64,000 bases of DNA from Candidatus Lustribacter sp. (GTDB lineage: Bacteria > Vulcanimicrobiota > Vulcanimicrobiia > Vulcanimicrobiales > Vulcanimicrobiaceae), in NCBI GenBank assembly GCA_965277805.1, contig OZ255842.1, positions 3,136,001-3,200,000 of the forward strand. Reading direction: 5' to 3'. Every line of letters starts with the position of its first letter. The stretch's first letter is position 1. Of the stretch, positions 30,050-38,715 are shown one piece after another. The notes under the pieces were generated by a model. It did no database searches, had not been told where the DNA came from, and was given only the letters and a program-made list of their open reading frames with translations. Position numbers and translations under genes: made by a program.

Positions 30050-30619
30050 CTAACGACGGGAGATGCGTGCGGCGAGTTCGGCTTCGGTGTCGATGTCCTC
30101 GAACGCGCGCGGATCGCCGACGTCGACGATGCGCCGCCGCAAGCCCGCCGCGTCGCGCACGCGATTGAGCCCGTCGCCGTCGGGAAGCGCTGCGATCGCG
30201 CGCCGCGCCACGGGGCCGAAGACCACCGGATGACCGAGCCGCTCGCCCGCTCGCGGCACGACGACGTCAACGTCATCACCGTAGGCAGCGAGCACGCGCG
30301 CGATTGCTGCCGCGTCGCAATCCGGCAGATCGCCGAGCAAGACCGCGATCGGTTCGTCCGGCTCGATCGCCGCGTCGGCCAGCGCGAGCGAACGGTTCAT
30401 CCCGCGTTCGGGCTCGTTGTTGGAAACGATTTGCACGCGTTCGGCAACACCCAGCGCCGCCAATTCCGCCGCCACGGCATCCGATGCCACGACGACCGTC
30501 GGCCACGCCGCCGTGGCGTCGACCGCGCGCCCGATCAAGGAGCGCCCGTCGATGCGCGCGAGCAATTTCTGCCGGCCCATCCGTCGCGACGCGCCCGCCG
30601 CGAGCACGACGATCGTCAG
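30050..30619 (-). CDS. Molybdenum cofactor cytidylyltransferase-like nucleotidyltransferase (MocA family)
   Basis: LAAGASRRMGRQKLL, LGDLP, GHPVVF, DIDT; start possibly CTG at 30619. Confidence 0.88.
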   Translation of the reverse strand: MTIVVLAAGASRRMGRQKLLARIDGRSLIGRAVDATAAWPTVVVASDAVAAELAALGVAERVQIVSNNEPERGMNRSLALADAAIEPDEPIAVLLGDLPDCDAAAIARVLAAYGDDVDVVVPRAGERLGHPVVFGPVARRAIAALPDGDGLNRVRDAAGLRRRIVDVGDPRAFEDIDTEAELAARISRR

Positions 30620-31593
30620 GCCGGAACCATCACCTTGCTGCGAATTGGCCCCGTGCCGTAGCGCAGCGAGGAACCGGCGGCGCCGTGCTGTTCCTTGACG
30701 ATCTCGGCAACGACGGCCAGCGCGATCTCTTCGGGCGAACGTGCCCCGAGATCGAGACCGATCGGTGCGTGGAGCCGGCCCAAGTCGGCGTCGGTGAAAC
30801 CGCGTTCGCGCAGCGCTTCGGCGCGCCGGGCGGTCGTGCCGCGGCTGCCCATTGCGCCGATGTATCCGGCCGGGCTGCGCAGCGCCGCCGCGATGCCGGG
30901 CACGTCGAACTTCGGATCGTGGGCGAGCGAGACGATCGCCGTGCGTGCGTCGATCGCCGCGCCTTCGAGCACTTCATCCGGCCACGCCACCAGCACTTCC
31001 GCGCCGGGAAAGCGCGAGGGCACCGCAAACGGCGCGCGCGGATCGATGATCGTCACCGCAAACCCGAGCGTCTTCGCGTAGGTGAGCAGCGGGCGGGCGA
31101 CGTCGACCGCACCGATGACGTACATGCGCGGCGGCTGGCCGTAGCGCAACACGAACGTGCGTTCATCGCAGCGGTTGATCGCATCGTCGTCGTGCAGCAC
31201 GCGCATCGTGAACGGCGGATCGATCGCAAGCGCGAGCGCAAACGGCTCGCCGGTTTCTTGCGCGGCGACGAATGCTTCGAAAGTGTCGCGGTCGAGTTCG
31301 CGGGTGACGACGTGCAGGGTACCGCCGCAGGTCGGTCCGCCGTCGAAGTCGTCGTCCGGACCGAACGAATTGCGCCGCGGCGGCCCGCCGTCGAAGATCG
31401 AATCGGCAACGTCGACGAGCGTCGACTCGACGCAGCCGCCGCTGATCGCGCCGGCCAAGTCGTGATCGCTCGACACGGCGAACATCGCGCCCGCGTCGCG
31501 CGGCGACGGCCCGTCGGTATCGACCAGTGTGGCGAGCACGACGCGCTTGCCCTCGGCGAACCAGCCCCGGACGCGCTCACTGACTTCGTTCAT
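30616..31593 (-). CDS. XdhC/CoxI family Moco-insertion chaperone
   Basis: GPSPRDAGA, ISGGCVE, TCGG, HDPKFD, YIGAMGSR, PIGLDLGARSPEEIA. Confidence 0.92.
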   Translation of the reverse strand: MNEVSERVRGWFAEGKRVVLATLVDTDGPSPRDAGAMFAVSSDHDLAGAISGGCVESTLVDVADSIFDGGPPRRNSFGPDDDFDGGPTCGGTLHVVTRELDRDTFEAFVAAQETGEPFALALAIDPPFTMRVLHDDDAINRCDERTFVLRYGQPPRMYVIGAVDVARPLLTYAKTLGFAVTIIDPRAPFAVPSRFPGAEVLVAWPDEVLEGAAIDARTAIVSLAHDPKFDVPGIAAALRSPAGYIGAMGSRGTTARRAEALRERGFTDADLGRLHAPIGLDLGARSPEEIALAVVAEIVKEQHGAAGSSLRYGTGPIRSKVMVPA

Positions 31594-31676
31594 GCTATCC
31601 ACTTCGATTAGCCCGAGGCCCCTTCCGGTTGCGCCTGGATGAAGGAAAGCCGGTCAAAAACCGGGGAACGCCCCCA

Positions 31677-32300
31677 ATGACCCCCGGTCCGGACCTGGCG
31701 ATCACCCGGGCGCTGCTCGACGAGAAATTCGGGCGGCTGCGCTCGCGCGACCGGACGCTTTTGCAATCGCTGGTGGCGCTCGACGTGTTCGTCGGCCCCC
31801 AGCTGCTGGCGATGCTGCTCGGCATCTCGCCCGGCGCCGTCAACTCCTCGCTGTCGAAACTCAAGCGCGCCGGCCTCGTGCGCTCGACACCGGAGGGCGA
31901 GGTCGGCATCACCTACCGCGTGCTGCGCGATCTGCTGCCCGAGAGCTGGCGCCTGCCGGGTCCGCTCGAGGCGTTGCGCATGGCGGTACTCCTGATCGAT
32001 AACGGCGACTGGTACGCAATCGCGCGCCGTGCCGAACTCTACGTGTTGGCCGGGCACCTCGCCGAGGCCGTCGGCGAGTTCGAGCGGGCCGGCGTCGAGG
32101 CCCAGCATCGCAGTGCGCTCCGCGATGCGTCGCGGCTGTTCGCGCTCGCGGCCAAGACGGCCAAAGCGGCGATCAACGATTCCGAGTACATCCGCGACGA
32201 GAGTTCGGATGAGGATGGCCTCGAACGCGCCATCACGCGCTGCCGCGCGCGCGCGAAGGCTCTGCGGCTGCGAATCCAGCGGACCGCAAGCGCCCTCTAA
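31677..32300 (+). CDS. Hypothetical protein with N-terminal winged HTH and helical/TPR-like C-terminus
   Basis: LAMLLGISPGAVNSSLSKLKRAGLVRS...YRV. Confidence 0.65.
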   Translation: MTPGPDLAITRALLDEKFGRLRSRDRTLLQSLVALDVFVGPQLLAMLLGISPGAVNSSLSKLKRAGLVRSTPEGEVGITYRVLRDLLPESWRLPGPLEALRMAVLLIDNGDWYAIARRAELYVLAGHLAEAVGEFERAGVEAQHRSALRDASRLFALAAKTAKAAINDSEYIRDESSDEDGLERAITRCRARAKALRLRIQRTASAL

Positions 32301-32324
32301 GCTTGGCGCGGTGAAATAGCGTGG

Positions 32325-34127
32325 ATGGATCTTCAGGAGCAAGCTGAGCGACTCGATCGTGCGCTTGCCGCCGCCCAGCTGGCCGTCGCGGCGAATAGCG
32401 AATCCGCCCAGTCCTGGCACGATCTCGGCGTGCTGCACCAGTTGCGCGGCGAGCTTGCCGACAGCTACACCGCTTTGCGGCGCGCCGTCGACCTCGATCC
32501 GGCCTTCGCATCGGCGCACAATAACCTCGGCAACACGTTCGTGCGCATGGGCGACAACGAGCGCGCGATCGAGAGCTACCGCCGCGCCGTCGAGCATAAC
32601 CCGGGCTTGATGGCCGCCCATGCCAACGCCGCGGCGGCCCTGCACGTCTTGGGACGGAACGCCGAAGCGCTCGTGCACGCGCGGCGCGCGGTCGAGATCG
32701 AACCGGCGTCGACGCCGGCCCGCATCACGACCGCGTTCATCGACGGCGCTGTGTCCGGCTACGACATCGCGCTGGCGCAGATCGACGAACTACTGGTACG
32801 CGAGCCCGAGAACCCGAGCGCGATCGCCGCTCGCGGCTACTGTCTGCTGCGCCTCGAACGTTTTGATGAAGCGCTCGCAACCGCACGCGACGCCCTTGCG
32901 ATGCGTCCGAATTACGGCCTGTTCTTGGAAACGCTGGGCTGCGCGTTGCGCGGTCTCGGCCGGCCCGAAGAAGCCTTCGCCGCGTTCGATCGCGCCTACG
33001 AGCTCGGCCACGACCGCGCCGCCATCCTCGTCCTCAAGGCCGGCGGCCTGCTCGAGCTCGGGCGCATTGACGCAGCCCGGCGCGTGCTCGAAACGGCGCT
33101 CGAGATCACGCCCGATTTGCCGAGCGCATGGAGCATGCTCGCCGAGCTGCTCGATTTCGCGCCCGGCGATCCGGCGCTCGCGCGAATGGAATCGTTCCTC
33201 GCGAACTCGCCCAACCTGCGCGGGCTCGAGGCCCGTGTGTTCATGCACTTCGCGCTCGGGAAAGCGTATCGCAAATCCGGCGATCCGGAAAACGCATTTC
33301 GGCACTTCGGCGCGGGGAACGCGTTGCGGCGCAGCACGATCACCTACGACGTCGCCGACGACGAACGTTTCGCGGCGGACACGATCGCGTTCTTCACGCC
33401 GGAGAAGCTGCGCGCGTTGGGCGGCGCGGGCGATGCGTCGCGCGCACCGATCTTCGTGCTCGGGATGCCGCGCTCGGGAACCTCGCTGGTCGAACAAATT
33501 CTCGCCTCCCATCCCGACGTGCACGGTGCGGGCGAGCTGCTGCTGTTCGACCGCGCGATCGCGGAGGCCGGCGTCGACGATCTCACCGCGCTCGGCGCGC
33601 GCTACCTCGCACTGGTCGACGAGGTGGCACCGGCGACAAAACGGGTCGTCGATAAGTTGCCGAGCAACTTCCGGCACCTCGGCCTGCTGCATCTCGCGCT
33701 GCCGCGCGCGCGCTTCGTGCACACGACGCGCGATGCACTCGACACGTGCTTCTCGTGCTACACGACGAACTTCAGCGGCCGCCAAGATTTCTCGTGGAAT
33801 CTCGCCGAGTGCGGACGTTACTACCGCGCCTACGAAGCACTGATGGCGCATTGGCGCGCGATCTTACCGGCCGGCATCATGCTCGAGATCGCCTACGAGG
33901 ACGTCGTCGCGGACGTTGAGAGCAGCGCGCGCAAACTGCTGGCCTTCTGCGATCTTGCGTGGGATGACGCCGTGCTGCGCTTCTACGAAACCGAGCGCCC
34001 GATCCGCACCGCCAGCTACAAACAGGCCCGCCAGCCGATCTACTCCACCAGCGTGAAATCCGCCGGCACGTTCCGCGCAAACCTCCAGCCCCTCATCGAC
34101 GCACTCGCCGGCGAAGTCGATGGTTAG
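32325..34127 (+). CDS. TPR-repeat sulfotransferase family protein
   Basis: N-terminal TPRs (AHNNLG); IFVLGMPRSGTSLVEQILASH PAPS-binding loop, DKLPSNF, TAS..QARQPIY. Confidence 0.92.
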   Translation: MDLQEQAERLDRALAAAQLAVAANSESAQSWHDLGVLHQLRGELADSYTALRRAVDLDPAFASAHNNLGNTFVRMGDNERAIESYRRAVEHNPGLMAAHANAAAALHVLGRNAEALVHARRAVEIEPASTPARITTAFIDGAVSGYDIALAQIDELLVREPENPSAIAARGYCLLRLERFDEALATARDALAMRPNYGLFLETLGCALRGLGRPEEAFAAFDRAYELGHDRAAILVLKAGGLLELGRIDAARRVLETALEITPDLPSAWSMLAELLDFAPGDPALARMESFLANSPNLRGLEARVFMHFALGKAYRKSGDPENAFRHFGAGNALRRSTITYDVADDERFAADTIAFFTPEKLRALGGAGDASRAPIFVLGMPRSGTSLVEQILASHPDVHGAGELLLFDRAIAEAGVDDLTALGARYLALVDEVAPATKRVVDKLPSNFRHLGLLHLALPRARFVHTTRDALDTCFSCYTTNFSGRQDFSWNLAECGRYYRAYEALMAHWRAILPAGIMLEIAYEDVVADVESSARKLLAFCDLAWDDAVLRFYETERPIRTASYKQARQPIYSTSVKSAGTFRANLQPLIDALAGEVDG

Positions 34128-34531
34128 ACTTTTGCGTCTTTGAAGCAGGGCAGGCCGGCGGCGGCGAGTTCGGCGTCGCGCATTTTCGTCATGCCGGTGA
34201 CGCCGATGCCGCCGATGGTGGAACCATCCTTACCGACGATGGGAATACCGCCCGGCAGCGCAGTGAACATCGGATCGCCGTAGTACGAGATCTGCAGTTG
34301 GCGGCGGATGATCTCTTCGCCGAAGTTTTCGGTCGTGCGGTCCATCGAGCACGCCGTGTGCGCCTTGCGCTGCGACACCCGCATCCAGCGCGGACGGCAA
34401 CCGTCCATGCGGTACGCCGCGACGAGATCGGTGTTCTCATCGACGATCGCGATCGCTACGATGAATCCCGCCGCCTCGGTCGCAGCAACGATCTTCGCGA
34501 TCGCGGCTTGGGCCTCGGCGATGGTGATCAT
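34124..34531 (-). CDS. GlcG/HbpS heme-binding family protein
   Basis: IAIVDE, RMDG, KAHTA, GGIPI, IGGIGVTG. Confidence 0.88.
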   Translation of the reverse strand: MITIAEAQAAIAKIVAATEAAGFIVAIAIVDENTDLVAAYRMDGCRPRWMRVSQRKAHTACSMDRTTENFGEEIIRRQLQISYYGDPMFTALPGGIPIVGKDGSTIGGIGVTGMTKMRDAELAAAGLPCFKDAKV

Positions 34532-35517
34532 CAGATCTTGAACGCCTCCAGCGTTTCGGGCGCAAAGAGTTCTTGGGGATCCAGCTTGCGCTTGGAGAGC
34601 CCCTGCTCGAACGAATAGCGCGTGAACGTGTCGAGCACGTGCTTGTTCGCGGCGAATCCATAGGGCCAGTAGTCGTCGCCCATGAGCTTGCGCGCGGCTT
34701 CTTCTTCGGCGGACGCCCACGGCAGCATCGCTTGCAGCGACGCGGTGTTGTGCAAGTCCGCATACGTGATGCGCTGCGATTCGACGAACGCTTTGTAGAG
34801 CGCGTTCGCGAGCCAGCGGTTCTTCTCGTACACGTCGCGACGCAACACGACCGTGTGCATGATCGGGAAGATCTTCGTCTTCGCGTAATACGCCTGCTCG
34901 ACGGGAACGTAGTCTTCGAACAGCCGCTTGACGTGCGGCACCTTGCCGTAGCACGACGGCTTACGCGCGGTGTAGAGCGCATCGATCTTGCCGTCGACCA
35001 GCATCTGCGTGAGCGTGTCGGTGGGGCCGATCGGTTCGAGCTTGATATTCGGCGGCAAGTCGAGCGCGATTTTTTCCGGCCGGCCCGGTTCTTCTTCGCC
35101 GCCGGTCAAATACTGCACCGAGTCGACCGGCACGCCGTATTCGTCGGCCAGGATGCCGCGAATCCACGCCGGCGCGGTCATCTGGTACTCCGGATTGCCG
35201 ACGCGTTTGCCGATCAGGTCCTTCGGTTCGCGAATTCCGCTGTTCGCGTTGACGTAGATGCACGAATGCCGGAAGAACCGCGACGGCCACACCGGGATCG
35301 CGATGAACGGATCGTCCTTGAACTTCGAGAGGCAATACGACGAGAACGACATCTCGCACGCGTCGAACTCACGATGGCGCAGCATCCGGAAGAATGTCTC
35401 TTCGACCTCGAGCGCTTGATAGACGAGGTCGACGCCATCGACCTGCACGCGCCCGTCACGCATCGCTCGCGTGCGGTCGTAATCCCAGCACGCGAGTGAG
35501 AGGCTCAGTTTTGCCAC
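34531..35517 (-). CDS. 4,5-dihydroxyphthalate decarboxylase (Pht5/OphC)-like protein
   Basis: LACWDYDRT, EETFFRML, FDACEMSFSSY, PEYQMTA, FPIMH, YWPYG. Confidence 0.82.
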   Translation of the reverse strand: MAKLSLSLACWDYDRTRAMRDGRVQVDGVDLVYQALEVEETFFRMLRHREFDACEMSFSSYCLSKFKDDPFIAIPVWPSRFFRHSCIYVNANSGIREPKDLIGKRVGNPEYQMTAPAWIRGILADEYGVPVDSVQYLTGGEEEPGRPEKIALDLPPNIKLEPIGPTDTLTQMLVDGKIDALYTARKPSCYGKVPHVKRLFEDYVPVEQAYYAKTKIFPIMHTVVLRRDVYEKNRWLANALYKAFVESQRITYADLHNTASLQAMLPWASAEEEAARKLMGDDYWPYGFAANKHVLDTFTRYSFEQGLSKRKLDPQELFAPETLEAFKI

Positions 35518-35521
35518 GTTG

Positions 35522-36640
35522 TTAAGCGGCGGCTTCCTTCCAGGGCTTGACGTTGACGTGGATGCAGTCTTTTTCACCCTGGCCGCCGACCGAGCGGATC
35601 GCGAGATCGACTTGGTCGAGCGAGAACGTGTGCGTGAGCGCGTTCTCGATCGGGAAGCGGTGCGAAGCCAGTTGCTGCATCGCGAGTTCGCACGCCGCGT
35701 AGCTGTGACCGCGTGCGCTCTTGATCGTGACGTACTTGAGCGTCAGCTCTTCCATCGGGAAGTCGGGGAACGTCTTCGATTCGTTGCCCTGCACGACCAG
35801 CGTGCCGGCCTTGCCCTTGAGCGCGCGCAAACCGGTGAAGAACGCCTTCTGTCCGGCGCCTGCCGTGCAGTCGATCGACACGTCGACGCCCTTGCCGGAC
35901 GTCACTTCGCGGACTTTCTCGAGCACGTCGGTCTGCTCGACGTCGATGATGACGTCGGCGCCGAGCTGCTTTGCGACTTCGAGACGCTTTTTGTCTTTCG
36001 ACGTGCCGCTGATGATGATCAGATCGGCACCGGCTTGTTTCGCGGTGACGACTTGGCACAAGCCCTGCTGACCCGGACCTTGAATGAGCACTTTCGAGCC
36101 GTAGCCGATGCCCGCTTCGAACAGCGTCCACTGCACGCCGTTGGCCATCGGCGTGCCGATGCCGGCGAGCTCGGCGCTCACACCGTCGGGAACTTTGTGA
36201 CAGACCGCGTTCCACGGCATGTAGAGATAGCGCGCGAAACCGCCCCACAGATGCGGCGCGATGTCGGAGGTGGTGTAGCCGTAACGGATCGCACCCGGAT
36301 TGTGGTGCCAGTCGGTGAAGAAGCAGTGGCGGTACTCACCCTTGTGGCACCACTCGCACTTCGTGCACGGCAGATAGTGCTCGAGGAAGACCAAGTCGCC
36401 TTCCTTGAGGCCCTTGCGCTCGAGCCACTTCTTGCCGGCTTTGTAAATACGGCCGACGTTCTCGTGACCCATGATGACGTTGTCGATCGACCCTTTGTAA
36501 TTCTTCACGTCGCTGCCGCAAATGCCGGCAACTTCCACCTTGAGGATCGCCGACTCGTCGTCGATCTCAGGCATCTTGAATTCGCGAAGTTCGGTTGTGC
36601 TCGGGCCCGTTTTGACCGCGCAAGGCACCATTTCTGCCAT
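35522..36640 (-). CDS. Zn-dependent medium-chain dehydrogenase
   Basis: GICGSD, GHE, CxxCxxC...C structural Zn, GPGQQG. Confidence 0.9.
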   Translation of the reverse strand: MAEMVPCAVKTGPSTTELREFKMPEIDDESAILKVEVAGICGSDVKNYKGSIDNVIMGHENVGRIYKAGKKWLERKGLKEGDLVFLEHYLPCTKCEWCHKGEYRHCFFTDWHHNPGAIRYGYTTSDIAPHLWGGFARYLYMPWNAVCHKVPDGVSAELAGIGTPMANGVQWTLFEAGIGYGSKVLIQGPGQQGLCQVVTAKQAGADLIIISGTSKDKKRLEVAKQLGADVIIDVEQTDVLEKVREVTSGKGVDVSIDCTAGAGQKAFFTGLRALKGKAGTLVVQGNESKTFPDFPMEELTLKYVTIKSARGHSYAACELAMQQLASHRFPIENALTHTFSLDQVDLAIRSVGGQGEKDCIHVNVKPWKEAAA

Positions 36641-36665
36641 GAATAACTCTTTCTCTCGGACGTAT

Positions 36666-36740
36666 TGTCATCCCGAGCTTGTCGAGGGACCGCCTCAATC
36701 TTTGTTGCTGTGGCTATCCCTCGACAAGCTCGGGATGACA
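36666..36740. repeat. REP-like doublet: perfect 24-bp inverted repeat
   Basis: TGTCATCCCGAGCTTGTCGAGGGA (36666-36689), 27-nt spacer, exact reverse complement at 36717-36740. Confidence 0.9.
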
Positions 36741-36769
36741 CAAAGGGTTCACTTCGGAAGAACCGGCTC

Positions 36770-37585
36770 CTACGTCGGAACTTGGCCGCGGATGTGGCGC
36801 CCCTCGCGCACGTCGGTCGCATAGGCGCCGATCGCCTCGAGCGTGATTTTTGCGACGTTGGCATAGCTATCGGCGGTTGAATCGGCCGCCGACGCAGCGT
36901 ATCCGATGGCCGCGTGGGCCATGCGCATGCGCCCGTCGAGCCAGGGTCCCCCGCCGAAGCCGCCGATCACCGGGATCTTGACCGCCGCGGTCACCGCGGG
37001 GCCGACGATCGGGCCGGAATTCTGGAAGTCGAGCAGCGAGGCGCCGGCCTCCTCGAGCATCTTCGCCTCGGCCACCAGCTGCTGGGTCATCTCGGCCGGC
37101 ACTTGCGCGCCCTTCTGCATCGCGGAGTAGTCGACGCCGTAGCGGAGCGCCGTCTGCGGCGTGATGCCGAAGTGCGCGAACACCGGAATCCCGGCCTTTT
37201 CCAGCGCCCGTACGGCCTCCGGAAAGGCCGCCGCGCCGTCGAGTTTGATCATGTCCGCGCCGGCCTCTTTGACCAGCCGAATGGCCGCGCGGACCGCGCT
37301 GTCGACGCCCTCCTGCAGCGGCCCGAACGGGAAATCGACGCTGACCAGCGCGCGCTCGGTTCCGCGGCGCACGGCTTGGCAAACCAGCACCATCTGGTCC
37401 ATCGTGACCTCGAGCGGCGAGGGCTGGCCCCAGAGATTGATCCCGACCGTGTCACCGACTGAAATGATCTCGACGCCGGCCCGGTCGACGAGCTGCGCGA
37501 TCTGATAATCCCACGCCACCACACCCACGATCTTGCGCCCGTCGCGCTTCATCTGGTGCAGTGCGGGAATCGTGACTTTTTGCAT
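36770..37585 (-). CDS. PanB (ketopantoate hydroxymethyltransferase)-like protein, divergent
   Basis: AWDY, SVGDTVG, DFPFG, IKLDG, AHFGITPQ; several canonical residues altered. Confidence 0.8.
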   Translation of the reverse strand: MQKVTIPALHQMKRDGRKIVGVVAWDYQIAQLVDRAGVEIISVGDTVGINLWGQPSPLEVTMDQMVLVCQAVRRGTERALVSVDFPFGPLQEGVDSAVRAAIRLVKEAGADMIKLDGAAAFPEAVRALEKAGIPVFAHFGITPQTALRYGVDYSAMQKGAQVPAEMTQQLVAEAKMLEEAGASLLDFQNSGPIVGPAVTAAVKIPVIGGFGGGPWLDGRMRMAHAAIGYAASAADSTADSYANVAKITLEAIGAYATDVREGRHIRGQVPT

Positions 37586-37599
37586 GGCATTTGGGCTTC

Positions 37600-38544
37600 A
37601 TGACGCTTACGACCGTTACCCGCACGCAAGGAAACAATCAGGCCTTCAAGGAGGGCGTGGTCAAACCGCGCACGTTCACGCCCGAATTCATCGAGATCCC
37701 GGTGCTCGTCGACGGCTTTCGCCGCATGGTGCGCGGGCTCGAATTCGACATCTGCGAGATGGCGATCACGACCTACCTGACCGCCCGCGAACACGGCATC
37801 CAGTTCACCGCGGTGCCGGTGTTTCTCGTGCGCGCGTTCCATCACGGCGCAATCCTCGTCAACAAAAACGCCGGCATCAAAACACCGAAAGATCTCGAAG
37901 GCAAACGCGTCGGCGTGAACCGCGGCTACACCGTGACGACGGGTGTCTGGGCGCGCAGCATCCTCGCCAACGAGTACGGCGTCGACTTGAAGAAAATTAC
38001 CTGGGTGCTCTCGGGCGACGAACACGTCGCAACGTACGTCGCGCCGCCGAACGTCGTACCGATCGAGGCCGGCAAAAAGATGGACGAGATGCTGATCTCG
38101 GGTGAACTGGTGGCGGCGATCGGCCTCGAGGGGACGAACGATCCCAACGTCGGTCCGCTGATTCCGAACGGGCTCGAAGCGGGCCTCGCCGCGTTCAAGA
38201 AAACCGGCCACTATCCGATCAACCACCTCGTCTCGATTCGCAACACCACGCTCGCCGAACACCCCGATCTTGCTGCCGACGTGTTCGAAACGTTCGCCAA
38301 GTCGAAGGAGCTCTACGTGGAGAAACTCCGCGCCGGCACGATCGAAAAGCCGACACCCATCGACGAGATGCACAAGCGCGTGATGGAGATCAGCGGCAAA
38401 GACCCGCTCCCCTACGGCATCGAACCCAATCGCAAAGTCCTCGAAGAAATCATCGCCACCGCCACCGCCCAAGGCATCCTAACCAAACCCTTCACCGTCG
38501 AAGAAATGTTCACACCGAGCGTACGCGATCTAGTAAGCGCCTAA
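37600..38544 (+). CDS. Pht5/OphC-like PBP2-fold protein (third paralog)
   Basis: FRRMVRGLEFDICEMA, PVFLVRAFHH, DLEGKRVG, YPINH, PLPYGIEPNR. Confidence 0.8.
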   Translation: MTLTTVTRTQGNNQAFKEGVVKPRTFTPEFIEIPVLVDGFRRMVRGLEFDICEMAITTYLTAREHGIQFTAVPVFLVRAFHHGAILVNKNAGIKTPKDLEGKRVGVNRGYTVTTGVWARSILANEYGVDLKKITWVLSGDEHVATYVAPPNVVPIEAGKKMDEMLISGELVAAIGLEGTNDPNVGPLIPNGLEAGLAAFKKTGHYPINHLVSIRNTTLAEHPDLAADVFETFAKSKELYVEKLRAGTIEKPTPIDEMHKRVMEISGKDPLPYGIEPNRKVLEEIIATATAQGILTKPFTVEEMFTPSVRDLVSA

Positions 38545-38552
38545 ACCCCATT

Positions 38553-38698
38553 TGTCATTCCGAGCGGAGCGCGAAGGCGCGAAGACGAGGAACCCGCCAC
38601 AATCATGGTCGCCGAGTATCCGACGGCGTAGGCCGGAGGAGTGACGACCGTCAACGCTGAGTGGAGCTGCCCCGGCTCGCGCTCCGCTCGGCATGACA
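38553..38698. repeat. REP-like composite element with 21-bp terminal inverted repeat
   Basis: TGTCATTCCGAGCGGAGCGCG ... CGCGCTCCGCTCGGCATGACA (1 mismatch); between convergent genes. Confidence 0.85.
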
Positions 38699-38715
38699 AT
38701 GGGGTGGGGAGTGCG

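Noticed and set aside
36666-38698. Repeats as a CRISPR array or IS ends
   Set aside because: Copies are dispersed, not regularly spaced; no cas or transposase gene; no clear target-site duplication seen
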